NCBI GenBank assembly: GCA_050950765.1
Contig: JBMNIF010000001.1
Coordinates: 64,001-128,000, forward strand
DNA from: Bdellovibrionota bacterium
GTDB lineage: Bacteria > Bdellovibrionota_C > UBA2361 > JAAYZI01
Direction of reading: 5' to 3'
DNA length: 64,000 bases
Shown: positions 18,653 to 28,777 of the stretch, one piece after another
Layout: each line of letters begins with the position of its first letter
Numbering within the stretch: position 1 is the stretch's first letter
The notes under the pieces: generated by a model
Database searches by the model: none
What the model saw: the letters and a program-made list of their open reading frames with translations, nothing else
What the model was told of the DNA's origin: nothing
Made by a program: the position numbers and the translations under genes

Positions 18653-20190
18653 GGCTTAACCTCACTTTCTTTTGTCGCAATAATATTTGAAGCAACAAAG
18701 GTCATTAACGGAGCGTGGTCTGCGATTTTTTCTGCTGCTAAATTTAGATCTCCGCCTGTTGCTTCAAGCGCATGAGAACGCACTAATGTGGTGAACTCAG
18801 AGACACCATCTTGCAAAGATGAAATAGGTTTACTTAAGGCACGTTGTGCCAAGTCTAGGGCAGCTTCGGCTAATATTTCAGATGATGTAACGGCTTTACC
18901 GAAGAACTTTGATTCAAAAACTTTACCGACATCAGCTGCATCAATAATGGAGCTTCCCTTAAAGTCGGCCATTTCACAAAGTTTAGCGGTACTGTTTTCC
19001 AACTGTCTTAAATTTCCTGGCCAGCTATGACTGAAAAGCAAACGGTAAGCATCATTACTAATGCCGAAGATGCGTGAATTATGAGCGCGTTGTCTATGAA
19101 TTTTAGCTATGGCATAAGCTAGCCCAGCTGCAATATCTAAACGTCTTTCTCGTAACGGCGGAAGTTCAAGACTAACCCTCTCAAGGCGATAGGCGAAGTC
19201 GTGTCGTAATACATCGCAATCCATTAGATCAAAGAGCGCTTCATTTGAAGCAAAAACAAAACGAACATCGGCAGAGGTTGTCTCTGTGCTACCGACTCTA
19301 CGATAAACTTTACTCTCAATAAAAGTGATCAACTTTCCCTGTAAGGCTTTATCGATACTTTGTAATTCGTCGATAAAAAGGGTACCTTTTTCTGCACTTT
19401 TTACTAAGCCCCACTTATCAACGGCACCCGTATAGGCACCTTCAACGGCTCCGAAAAGTTCAGCTTGAATTAACTCTGATGATGAAAAGTCTCTCGGGGT
19501 AATACTGATAAACTTTCCAGATCTTCCCGCTAGAAGATGCAGAGCTAAAGCAAGATTGGTTTTACCTGTGCCTGTCTCTCCGATAATGATCGGATTTTCA
19601 TTGGTATATTTGGCGTAGCGTGGCACCCAGACCATCCACAACTCACGGCTACGTGGGTCAGCTAAAGATTGTGCCCAACCATTACTGTTTAATGTCGGGA
19701 GAGCACTTTGTCCTTCAGCGCGGCGTTGCAACTCTTCTTGACAGAAGCTAAGAGCGTTTTGTAATTGAGCGTTAAGTGGCGTAACGGAAGGAATATTTGA
19801 AGGAGGAGCTGCTATAAAAGTATCAATAAAGCTTGAACCGTGCAGAGTTTCATCTTCAAAAAGAAGGTCTCCGCCGTATCCAAGATGTGCAGGAGACAAT
19901 AGAGCTGTAATGATAAAGATCTCGGATCCGTAACGTTCTCGCACTTGAGATAAAAAGTGTCTTGTCCAACTATGCACGGACTCCGAATAGTGCGTGCCTA
20001 TCTCCAGTAATATAACATTCGGTCTATGACTTGAAAGTAATTCCCAAGCGCCACTAAATGAAGCACTAAAACTTTTTTCAGCTAACCTAGCGGTTGTGAT
20101 ATAAGAGTCCATTTTACGACAAAAATCGCTGCTGCCTAAGATAGCGATGTGTAATCGAGGAGTGTCTTTCCCGCTAGTTTGGGTATTCAT
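18649..20190 (-). CDS. Sigma-54 enhancer-binding protein with intact AAA+ module, degenerate receiver-like N-terminus and degenerate HTH
   Basis: GETGTGKT, AELFGAVEGAYTGA, GTLFIDE, RHDFAYRL, LPPLRER, WPGNLRQL. Confidence 0.88.
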   Translation of the reverse strand: MNTQTSGKDTPRLHIAILGSSDFCRKMDSYITTARLAEKSFSASFSGAWELLSSHRPNVILLEIGTHYSESVHSWTRHFLSQVRERYGSEIFIITALLSPAHLGYGGDLLFEDETLHGSSFIDTFIAAPPSNIPSVTPLNAQLQNALSFCQEELQRRAEGQSALPTLNSNGWAQSLADPRSRELWMVWVPRYAKYTNENPIIIGETGTGKTNLALALHLLAGRSGKFISITPRDFSSSELIQAELFGAVEGAYTGAVDKWGLVKSAEKGTLFIDELQSIDKALQGKLITFIESKVYRRVGSTETTSADVRFVFASNEALFDLMDCDVLRHDFAYRLERVSLELPPLRERRLDIAAGLAYAIAKIHRQRAHNSRIFGISNDAYRLLFSHSWPGNLRQLENSTAKLCEMADFKGSSIIDAADVGKVFESKFFGKAVTSSEILAEAALDLAQRALSKPISSLQDGVSEFTTLVRSHALEATGGDLNLAAEKIADHAPLMTFVASNIIATKESEVKP

Positions 20191-21518
20191 AATGCAACCT
20201 CCCTCCTCTGTTTTTGATCTACGTTGTGAGTGTTATGGGAAGAGGAAGACAAAACTTTACGAAGAGCTGTCACAGAACAGCCGAGACGTGCTGCTGCAAT
20301 GCGGTAGTTAAAGTTACACTGCTCTAAGATGCGAAAAGCTGTGGCAACGTTAAGCATATTATTATCTTCCGAAGTACAGTTTTGAAGAGACCACATCTCT
20401 CTACCGTTTTCTATCAATTCTTGTAATGAAAAATCTGTGTTTGCGTTACAGAGTGCTGCATCAAAGAGCACTTCTTTTAGCTCTTTTATCTCCCCCGCCC
20501 AAGTTAGTGTTGATAGCCAAGAGTAGATCTCTTCAGAGAAAAGAAGGGTGGGTTTTCTTCTATTTTGCGGAATTTTTTGTAGAAAGTATTGTGCTAGGAG
20601 GGGAATATCTTCTGTTCTTTCTGAAAGACTTGGGATCCTTATATGGCTTGCTCCTGTTAATCTTAGCCACGCTTTGGAAAGTTCAGCCGATTGAGTACAG
20701 ATAAAAAGGAAGGAATCATTTGTTGAAGAATTAGCACTCCAGATCCGCGAATGGTTTTTACTGATGAAATCAAGTACATCACACTCATCTTCTGTACAAT
20801 TTGTAAGTATTAATGAAAGATTTTTACCGAGAGATGCTCTTGAAGTATCATCATAATGACGAGTTCCGAAAAGCGTTTCAAGATCGCCATCATAAAGGCT
20901 AATATCTACTGTTTTTAAATGTGATTTTGAATCTTTGCTATTAAAAATTATGGAAGCGATGGTCTTTTTGCCCACACCTGCCGCACCTTCCAGCACTAAA
21001 ATAGGAGAGCTCTTCATGCTTTGAGATCTAATCTGATCTAGTAATTTCAAGTGTGGTTTTGAAACGCCGACCAGATCAGCTAATGTCTCCTGTTGTGGAG
21101 GCTCTTGCTTGATAAATGATTTTGTAGAAAGCGCTTGTGCAGCCAGATCTACAACACTTCTTATGGCTTGTATGTGTCCGATCTCAATATAATCTAAAGC
21201 TCCAAGCTTTAGAGCTTGTACTGCAACTGAGATACTAGGTTCATCAGTAAGGAAGATCACAGTCGGCATCTCTTCTTTGCCGTAATGATCCAGCAGCGCT
21301 TGCATAATGTCCAGCCCAGTGGAGTAGTCGCCGATCAAGTAGTCTAAGATAAGTACACGCGCATTACGTTCCAACAAGATCGGAATAATATCTTTACCGA
21401 TCGGAATTCGAAACGAGGTTATATTTTTTTGAGAAAACTCTTCCTGTAAAGCTGCGGCAACCTTAAATTTTGTCGGCTCTCTTTCATTTAGAACAATATT
21501 AATCGGTTCCTGCATCAT
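20187..21518 (-). CDS. NtrC-like protein: atypical receiver, degenerate AAA+ domain, Fis-type HTH
   Basis: ILDY and AVQALKLGALDYI (receiver); GAAGVGKKTIA; no GAFTGA or Walker B; IPSLSERTEDIPLLAQYFL; WAGEIKEL; NYRIAAARLGCSVTALRK. Confidence 0.8.
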   Translation of the reverse strand: MMQEPINIVLNEREPTKFKVAAALQEEFSQKNITSFRIPIGKDIIPILLERNARVLILDYLIGDYSTGLDIMQALLDHYGKEEMPTVIFLTDEPSISVAVQALKLGALDYIEIGHIQAIRSVVDLAAQALSTKSFIKQEPPQQETLADLVGVSKPHLKLLDQIRSQSMKSSPILVLEGAAGVGKKTIASIIFNSKDSKSHLKTVDISLYDGDLETLFGTRHYDDTSRASLGKNLSLILTNCTEDECDVLDFISKNHSRIWSANSSTNDSFLFICTQSAELSKAWLRLTGASHIRIPSLSERTEDIPLLAQYFLQKIPQNRRKPTLLFSEEIYSWLSTLTWAGEIKELKEVLFDAALCNANTDFSLQELIENGREMWSLQNCTSEDNNMLNVATAFRILEQCNFNYRIAAARLGCSVTALRKVLSSSSHNTHNVDQKQRREVAL

Positions 21519-21662
21519 ATTAAAGAATCTTCCTTTCTTAGATATGATGAAAGAAGAGAGAGGATGGATGCGAGTGTTAAATAAACTATTTTTGATTGAG
21601 GCTCTTCCTCTCCTGTGAGGTGGGGAAAAGAACCTCTTTATTCAGTCGGGGAACCTGAAAAG

Positions 21663-22262
21663 ATGAAGGATATTCTGATTGTAGAGGATGGAAAACAGGA
21701 GAGGGAACGCTTGCAGAGGTTGTTTGAAGGTGTCGGATATGCAGTGGAGTCTTTCGAAAATGTTACGGATGCGGAAAAGCGTTTGGAAATAGAAACGTTT
21801 CGCTTGGCTATTCTGGATATTGGGCTTAATGACAGATCTGGTTCGTACCTCTTTAGCGTTATCAAACGAAATAATTGTGCTAACGATGTAATTATTTTTA
21901 CAGGGAATCCCTCTGTGCATTTAAAACAACGCTTCATGGATGAAGGGGCTGCCGATTATATAGTAAAAGCATCTGTGCAAGCGCAGGATGAAAATTTTCT
22001 TTCGAGAGTTAATGAGATCTTGGGCACACCGTATCATACTAAAAAAGATGGCATAGATTTAAAGTATTTTCTCGAAAATTTTTTACCTGAAACATCAAAA
22101 GCATTGTTCTTGGATATGGATAATACCTTCCCGAAGTGTGCATCCTGCGGGAGACAGGAATATGTGGTGACTTTTTCTCAACAAACACAGATACCACCTG
22201 AAATAACAGGTCTCGTTGTTTGTGCAGGGTGCGGTAAAATCATGGATCCTGAAATTGAATAA
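21663..22262 (+). CDS. Response regulator with C-terminal zinc ribbon
   Basis: ILIVEDG, ILDIGLND.SG, IIFTG, GAADYIVK; C-terminal CASC...CAGC; ATG 21663 preferred over GTG 21615. Confidence 0.82.
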   Translation: MKDILIVEDGKQERERLQRLFEGVGYAVESFENVTDAEKRLEIETFRLAILDIGLNDRSGSYLFSVIKRNNCANDVIIFTGNPSVHLKQRFMDEGAADYIVKASVQAQDENFLSRVNEILGTPYHTKKDGIDLKYFLENFLPETSKALFLDMDNTFPKCASCGRQEYVVTFSQQTQIPPEITGLVVCAGCGKIMDPEIE

Positions 22263-22271
22263 TATAGTAAG

Positions 22272-25040
22272 ATGAATACTCCTTCAGAAAATAAAAAAAT
22301 TGCAAAAGAAGGAAGACTTTTTAAAAAGATTGGAAGTGCGGCAGATTATTGTCGGTATGTTTTTATTCCACAACTTCTTTTAGTTATACCGATACTGGCG
22401 CTAAATATTCCGCTAATGAAAACTATTAGTGGGAAGATCTTTTTACTATTCGGTATCTACATAGTAGCTCATTTTTTCTTCGTGGTTTTCCTAAAAAGAT
22501 CTTATTCAGGAGCAACTTTATTACTTAATTTTACGGGAATAATACTTTCTTTTGCAGGTGTCTGTTTTTTTTATGGAGAGACTCCTGAAGTCTTCTATTA
22601 TCTGGCGACGGCTGTATTATTATTGCCGCTCTTTTTCAGTATCTGCCGTCCTGAGATCGCACTTACAACTAATTTTATAATTGTTATAGCTGTTTTATCT
22701 TTTTTTAAAATCGAAGAAGTTAAAGAGAATCGAGTTATACTTTTTCTAAATGCCTTAACCTTAACTTTCCCCTGTATCTGGTGTGCTCTTTTGGAGAGTA
22801 TGCAGTGTATGAAACGGTTAAGAGAAAAGAGCTTAAAAGAACGACCGATTTTTACCTTTCAGGAGACATATAAAGAACGGGGACAACGTGAGAAGTTAAT
22901 TAAGATCAGTAAAAATTTATTGTTGGAACGGTTGCGTTCATCTGCGATCTGGAAAATTGTTGCGACAGTTTGTATAGCGGCTATTACAACTTTTGGTGTT
23001 GCCGTACTTAGAGGGGAAGATTCTTTATTATTCCTTCTGTTATGGAGTGTCATAACTTTAACTCACTTACTGATATTAAATCTAATTTTAAAAACAAAGC
23101 GCTTACACAATCTGTGCACCTTATTAGTAATTCTACTTATTGTGGGGATTAATTGGTGGTTAATCGGGCAGTATCTCGGTTTTTATGATGACATCTCTGG
23201 TATCGTGGTGCTTTCTGCTCTGATATTTATGTATGGCAGCGTGGCGTTACCCTTTAAATGGTATGCTTATTTTTTCTTAGCAGCTCTACTTTATGCCGCA
23301 GGTGCGGCAGTTGAAGGAGATACATTCCTCTCTTTTTGTATCTTTGCCGCTACTTTTCTAGTTATGTTTCGTAATGCCTTTGTAAATTATCTGGAGATTT
23401 ATACAGATGTTTCTACAATCGTTTTGACGCGAGGAGGAGAAGTCGGAGTAGCAGGTCGTTCTCTTATTCGAGTGTTGGCGTGGCAGCTCTGTGTTGCTTT
23501 AAATGTAAAGCATGTCTTAATTTGTTCTAAAAATTTAATTGAAGCCGTCTTTGATAACAGCGCTAAGATACTGGAGACAGATTCTAATTTAAACAAGACT
23601 TTGTTTGAGGTAGCACAAGATGAGAGCGGTTTGATTTATGAGCAAGACATCGATCAAAGTGTTAAAGGAATATATAAAAAGTTTTTTAAATTTAAGCCTG
23701 CGGCAATTGCTTTTGAAAGGTTCAGAGTTACGAATAAAGATCAGGAAGAGCAGATTGTGCTACTAGTCCCTATGGGGGAGATCGCTGCAATTATAGGTTT
23801 TGAACGCGCCTTTAAAACTGTTCATCTTTTATCTGCAATTGTGCGTATTGCACTAAGCGCTACAAGGTTACGCCGCCTTTCGTCTAATGCCACTGTCGAT
23901 TCTCAACGTTTTGCACTGGAGAAAGATCGTGAAATGAATCTAGCGGTGCATTTTGTAAATAATTTAGTGCAAGATGTTGTAATTCAATGCGAAGATCTTA
24001 AACGTAAGATAGAAGGTGTAAAGGTTAAGAAAGAAGCTATCTCTGAGGATACCCTGCAAGAGATCGCGCAAGCTGTAACCCAGATCGAATGTTATTCAAG
24101 GATGCTATCAAACCACATAACCGATCTGAAATTGCTAAAAGAGATGAAAGCAATTCGTATCTTTGAAAGAAAGGAAAAAAGTGGCGTGGCAGTAGTGCTT
24201 GAGGAGTTTTCTGAATATGTACGCAGCTCAGCTTTACGTTACGGTTATTCTTGCGAAATTGATCTGCAAATTAAAACAGATGCGGCGTTCATCGTTTCAG
24301 CCGGACAGGAGTTTGTTTCTACGGCGTTACGCGCTATTTTTTATGTGATCGCTTCTTCTTTAAATAGGGGTAAAAAAATTCATCTGATAGTTAGTGCACA
24401 AGAAGAGCAGATCGATTTTAAGTTCTTGTATAACGGCGAAGCCATTTCGCTTTCACAACTTGAAGATACTTCCTGTTTTGGGAAAGATGAAAAGGAGTGG
24501 CGTAAAATAGAGTATCTTTCTGCCGTATCCTCTTTTGCAAAGGTGAGTGAAGGCACCTTTGAGGCACTTTCAGCAGAGGCTCCTTATACTAACGGCATCT
24601 CTTTGAAGTTACCGTTTTTAGCTGAAGAAAAGGCGGAAATAATAGGATCGGGTTGGGCGCTACTGGTAGATGATAATCCACAAGTACTGACCTTTTATGC
24701 ACGGGCTGCTCAAGCATTAAACTTAGAATATCAGATGGCGCACTCTAAACTTGAAGCTGTAAATATCATAGAAGAAAATGGTACCCCCGCTATCGTTATT
24801 TCAGATTTACGCTTGGAGAGTGCAGAGAGCGGATTTGAGTTGATTAAGCATATTAGAGAGTTTTGTGGCGCTAATGTACCGATTCTTGTGGTGAGTGGCA
24901 CAACTGACAGGGAATACGTTAAAAAAGCACTTGCTTATGGAGCTGATGCCTACTTAACAAAACCGCTTGGAAGAAAAAAACTGTTTTCAGAAATTAGTGC
25001 AAATTTAAAAAAATCATTGGAGAAGAAAAATGAATGCTGA
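22272..25040 (+). CDS. Multi-TM hybrid sensor-like protein with degenerate HisKA/HATPase and C-terminal receiver
   Basis: Many hydrophobic helices; AVHFVNNLV (H-box-like); N and G boxes not recognisable; LLVDDN...ISDLRL...SG...GADAYLTKP. Confidence 0.75.
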   Translation: MNTPSENKKIAKEGRLFKKIGSAADYCRYVFIPQLLLVIPILALNIPLMKTISGKIFLLFGIYIVAHFFFVVFLKRSYSGATLLLNFTGIILSFAGVCFFYGETPEVFYYLATAVLLLPLFFSICRPEIALTTNFIIVIAVLSFFKIEEVKENRVILFLNALTLTFPCIWCALLESMQCMKRLREKSLKERPIFTFQETYKERGQREKLIKISKNLLLERLRSSAIWKIVATVCIAAITTFGVAVLRGEDSLLFLLLWSVITLTHLLILNLILKTKRLHNLCTLLVILLIVGINWWLIGQYLGFYDDISGIVVLSALIFMYGSVALPFKWYAYFFLAALLYAAGAAVEGDTFLSFCIFAATFLVMFRNAFVNYLEIYTDVSTIVLTRGGEVGVAGRSLIRVLAWQLCVALNVKHVLICSKNLIEAVFDNSAKILETDSNLNKTLFEVAQDESGLIYEQDIDQSVKGIYKKFFKFKPAAIAFERFRVTNKDQEEQIVLLVPMGEIAAIIGFERAFKTVHLLSAIVRIALSATRLRRLSSNATVDSQRFALEKDREMNLAVHFVNNLVQDVVIQCEDLKRKIEGVKVKKEAISEDTLQEIAQAVTQIECYSRMLSNHITDLKLLKEMKAIRIFERKEKSGVAVVLEEFSEYVRSSALRYGYSCEIDLQIKTDAAFIVSAGQEFVSTALRAIFYVIASSLNRGKKIHLIVSAQEEQIDFKFLYNGEAISLSQLEDTSCFGKDEKEWRKIEYLSAVSSFAKVSEGTFEALSAEAPYTNGISLKLPFLAEEKAEIIGSGWALLVDDNPQVLTFYARAAQALNLEYQMAHSKLEAVNIIEENGTPAIVISDLRLESAESGFELIKHIREFCGANVPILVVSGTTDREYVKKALAYGADAYLTKPLGRKKLFSEISANLKKSLEKKNEC

Positions 25041-25497
25041 TAAGAACCTTATTGAAAAAGTCTCCGAGAAAAATAAAAAGATAGAGGGATTTCCTTTTGA
25101 TGACCTCCTTGAAGGGTGTTTTAAAAGTTGTGAAAAAGCTATACAGGAAGCTTTTGATGAACGCTCTGAGTTTTTTGTACATGAAATTTTACAAGCTCTT
25201 TCAAGAAACTGTGTAAAGGCAGAATCTAAAGCTAATGCGTGGATAGGGATCGGATCTCTTTCGAGGTTACGTTCCGAAGTGGGGGGACGCTTTCAAAATT
25301 TACGTGATAGGTGGTTACAGGCAGGTTTTCCATTGCGTGAACATCGCGGAGATAAAACTGGTGCTTATGAGGTAAATCTTGAAGGTTGGACCGAATTAAG
25401 CGCGTGGATATTAAAGCAGGGCTATGAATGTAAACTATCTCCCGCTGAATCAGAGTTTCTTTTTGAAGTAAGAGCGTTGGAAGAAGATAAAATATAA
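25030..25497 (+). CDS. Hypothetical protein
   Basis: 155-aa ORF overlapping the sensor stop by 11 bp. Confidence 0.7.
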   Translation: MNADKNLIEKVSEKNKKIEGFPFDDLLEGCFKSCEKAIQEAFDERSEFFVHEILQALSRNCVKAESKANAWIGIGSLSRLRSEVGGRFQNLRDRWLQAGFPLREHRGDKTGAYEVNLEGWTELSAWILKQGYECKLSPAESEFLFEVRALEEDKI

Positions 25498-25564
25498 TCT
25501 AGCGTCATTTCTAAAAAGTGAGAATTTAAAACTTCTTAAAATTTTCTCAAGAATGATATAAAAC

Positions 25565-26557
25565 TCACAGCTCTATAAGTTCGCCGCCATGTTTATGTAT
25601 TCTAAAAAATTCATTCTCTATCCGTTCTGAAGTTCCGCTCCGCATGGCAACGCTAACCTCTTCTCCTTGAAGAGCGTAACAAGGTTCGCCCACAGGTGGC
25701 ATAACAATCAGCGCAGCATTTCTATTAGGATATTTTTGTGGCATTACAGAAAGCTCATCATTTAATATTGAGGAGAGTATTTCAGGATGCTTATTAAAGA
25801 TCAGCGGATCCCGTCGCAACTCTTCACGCATAGCGGCTAAGACATATCCTGATAGTGCTATCCCCATAATAGCCTCACCACTGCCCGTAGTAGAAATAGC
25901 AGCAATATTGTTGTCTGCATAAACTCCTGAACCGATAATAGGAGAATCACCAACGCGACCATTTAATTTAAATGTAACCCCACCAGTAGAGGTTCCAGCA
26001 CATAAGGCACCTGTGCTATCTCTTACCACACAACCGACAGTTCCGTGAGAGCCCGTGTCGTGTATTAAATCATCTTTTAAATTTTCGTGTTTACTTAGTA
26101 ATTTTCGCACATGAGGAGCAACAAGCTCTTCGTGTGTTGCAACCCAACCGAACTTCTCACGTTCTTCTAAAGGCATTGCATCCAGTGCGTTCATTAGCTC
26201 ATGAGTCCAGATGGTTATCAACGGAAAATCTCTTTCTAGTAACATCTTCAGAGCAAGAGCTGATGGGAACTTTACACGACGAAGATTAATGATTGAAACA
26301 AAATGCCCCGTTCCTTTCATCATTCCGATATCGAGTAAAACGATACCGTGAATATTAGGGTATCCTCCAAAACCGGCATTAAAATATTCACACCCTTCCA
26401 TTACTCTTAAGGCAGCTGCCACAGCGAACTCTCCTGATTTCCCAGCAACTAACTCTTTCCATGCTGCATCAATAGCGACCTTTAGGTACGGTAATTTTAA
26501 TACTGTATGACCTTCCAGAAAATGCCCAGAACCACCATGTATCATTACACTTAACAT
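25565..26557 (-). CDS. iaaA: Isoaspartyl peptidase / L-asparaginase (Ntn-hydrolase, asparaginase 2 family)
   Basis: IHGGSG, FNAGFG, HG|TVG (Thr nucleophile), GTSTGG, GRVGDSPIIGSG, STTGSGE. Confidence 0.85.
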   Translation of the reverse strand: MLSVMIHGGSGHFLEGHTVLKLPYLKVAIDAAWKELVAGKSGEFAVAAALRVMEGCEYFNAGFGGYPNIHGIVLLDIGMMKGTGHFVSIINLRRVKFPSALALKMLLERDFPLITIWTHELMNALDAMPLEEREKFGWVATHEELVAPHVRKLLSKHENLKDDLIHDTGSHGTVGCVVRDSTGALCAGTSTGGVTFKLNGRVGDSPIIGSGVYADNNIAAISTTGSGEAIMGIALSGYVLAAMREELRRDPLIFNKHPEILSSILNDELSVMPQKYPNRNAALIVMPPVGEPCYALQGEEVSVAMRSGTSERIENEFFRIHKHGGELIEL

Positions 26558-26559
26558 TT

Positions 26560-27843
26560 TTATATCCTCCGCATTCCTAACTCTTCTAAAGCCTGTGCCA
26601 AGTATTCTATGTGATACATATCTTCAGCTATAAGAACAGGCGCAAAAACTCCGTTAATTGGTATAGTATCGCAGTCGTAAGGGAAAACTGCATTGATGGA
26701 GGTACCATCATATAAAATCGGTGCCAACTTTTTACGAAGATCATTAAAAGAACTAAGGTCTGTCTGTGCCTTAAAGAACTTCCAACAAGCGGGACGCTTC
26801 CCAGTTACTCTCTCGATATTATCAATAATAGCCATAGTAAAGGAGGATCCGTTTAGTCGTGCATTATTTTCAATCGGAAATATCCCTTGTGCTGTGACGA
26901 TATAGTCAATGCCTAAGACTCCTCTATAGCCGTGAGTTGCCATATTTTGTACGATTTTTAACGAAGTGCTCTGAATATAATTAGAGATCCGTTCTGAAAA
27001 GTACTGTCCATATAAATTACCTATATGGTGCAGCCCTGCAAAAAGTTGTGCCGAACATCCTAAATAATGAACATTACCGTTGCGATCAATTGACCATTGA
27101 TCATTGGGAGAAGCAACAACTTGTAAAAACGGTTCAATTAACAGATGTTCATCATTGCTGTCTTTTATGTTTTTTAAAATTTGCTCCACATCAGTGTTTT
27201 GTACTTTATAAGCAGAAGATCCGGCAGCACCTAAAGATCCTCTGATTAGTACTGCTGGATAAGATTGCAATAGCCCGTGAACAATATCAGCCAACTCTAA
27301 AGAATTTAGACCGCTGGTGTCCCTTGATTCTCCACTTACGACAGGGATTCCGAGTGCCAAACACTCTTTTTTAAAGGTGTCTTTATTAAAATATTTTAAT
27401 GACAGCTCTTCAGGAGAGCCGAAGAGTTCGGCTTTAATAAGACGTGCTGCCTTCTCTTCTGCCTTACCCGAATAAAATGGAACAAACACCGGTTTTTTTC
27501 CAGTATCTGCAATTGCTGTAAGTAATGCTTGCGGATCTTTGATGATAAGATCGCTTAGGGGAACGGCAGCTGATTTGCAATTATAACTGACGATGTGTTG
27601 TGTGCTAAATCCGATCTCGCGCAGCCACGTGTAATATTCAAGATTTAGTGGTCCTGTCAGCACAACGATATCTGATTCTTCGGCGATAGGTAGACTACGT
27701 GCAGTTTTTAAATGAATGTTAGGATCAATATCGCGTAAGAGGTCTCTATAACAGGGTTGAGATAAAACATCGCAAGCAAAGATTCTAGTTTCTGTTTCGT
27801 CTTCTGAAATAGTGTGGAGTAAAAATTTTTCTTTTTGAATCAT
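26560..27843 (-). CDS. ATP-grasp peptide ligase with pre-ATP-grasp domain (PGM1-related type)
   Basis: RSLPIAEESDIVVL..P....YYTWLREIG, FNKDTFK...LGIPV, GAAGSS, LIEPF, GYRGVLGIDYIV, IENNARLNGS. Confidence 0.72.
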   Translation of the reverse strand: MIQKEKFLLHTISEDETETRIFACDVLSQPCYRDLLRDIDPNIHLKTARSLPIAEESDIVVLTGPLNLEYYTWLREIGFSTQHIVSYNCKSAAVPLSDLIIKDPQALLTAIADTGKKPVFVPFYSGKAEEKAARLIKAELFGSPEELSLKYFNKDTFKKECLALGIPVVSGESRDTSGLNSLELADIVHGLLQSYPAVLIRGSLGAAGSSAYKVQNTDVEQILKNIKDSNDEHLLIEPFLQVVASPNDQWSIDRNGNVHYLGCSAQLFAGLHHIGNLYGQYFSERISNYIQSTSLKIVQNMATHGYRGVLGIDYIVTAQGIFPIENNARLNGSSFTMAIIDNIERVTGKRPACWKFFKAQTDLSSFNDLRKKLAPILYDGTSINAVFPYDCDTIPINGVFAPVLIAEDMYHIEYLAQALEELGMRRI

Positions 27844-27922
27844 TCAGACCTTATAACAAAATATTTAATATTTGTAATCAATTGGTAAATATTGCGAAAA
27901 TAATAGAGAATTTATTTTAGTT

Positions 27923-28777
27923 TTAAGGAGCTCCTTCTTGTTTTTTACAAAGCTTGTCTGAACAGCTAATTAAAGTGTCCATACTTCCCGATTGAAAACC
28001 TTCTAGATCTAAGGTGATATGTTGAAAGCCTAACGCTTTTAAGGCGGAGCAGATTTCAAGTTTCTTTTTTAAAAATAGTGAAAATTGTTGTGGTAAGATT
28101 TCAACGGTGGCGATCCCGTCACGGTAACACCGCAGCCTTAATACTTCAAAACCCATAGATCTTAAAACTGCTTCACCCTGCTCTATTTTTTGCAATACTC
28201 TCTCTGTTAATGTACTGCCGTACGGGAGCCTTGTTGCCAAACACGATTCTGCTGGAGCATCGGCAAAAGGGAGGCTTAATTCTTGAGCTAATAATCTGAC
28301 CTCTTCTTTAGTAAAATTAAACTTCTCAAAAGGTGAAATAACATCCAACTCTAGCGCTGCTTTTTTACCAGGTCGGTGGCACTTTGCATCATCGGCATTA
28401 CTACCATCTAATAAAAATCTTACCCCTGAAGCATCAGCAATCTTACGTGCTAAAGAAAAAAGTTCTTTTTTACAGAGATAACAACGGTTGTGCGGATTGT
28501 CTTGCATCTCAGGGAGGCTCAAGACCTTAAAGTCTACGATTTCGAGCGTAGCTTCTAACTTGGCTGCATTTAGTAAGGCATCAGAAATCGCTTTTTTTGA
28601 TTGGAATAGCGATCTGAAAAATAAAATTTTAAGGTTAAATGTTAGAGCCTCCGTTTTAAGGTGCATTAGTAGTGCAAGAAGGGTTGCACTATCAACTCCA
28701 CCTGAATAGGCAAGACAGATCCCTTGTGGTGCTAACTCTTTAAGGTAACTTTTTAGATGCGTTGTTTTGTTCATCAC
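27923..28777 (-). CDS. larE: ATP-dependent sulfur transferase for nickel-pincer cofactor
   Basis: AYSGGVDS PP-loop, NRCYLCKK, DGSNADD..HRPG, SCLATRLPYG, LDLEGFQSGSMD. Confidence 0.92.
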   Translation of the reverse strand: MMNKTTHLKSYLKELAPQGICLAYSGGVDSATLLALLMHLKTEALTFNLKILFFRSLFQSKKAISDALLNAAKLEATLEIVDFKVLSLPEMQDNPHNRCYLCKKELFSLARKIADASGVRFLLDGSNADDAKCHRPGKKAALELDVISPFEKFNFTKEEVRLLAQELSLPFADAPAESCLATRLPYGSTLTERVLQKIEQGEAVLRSMGFEVLRLRCYRDGIATVEILPQQFSLFLKKKLEICSALKALGFQHITLDLEGFQSGSMDTLISCSDKLCKKQEGAP

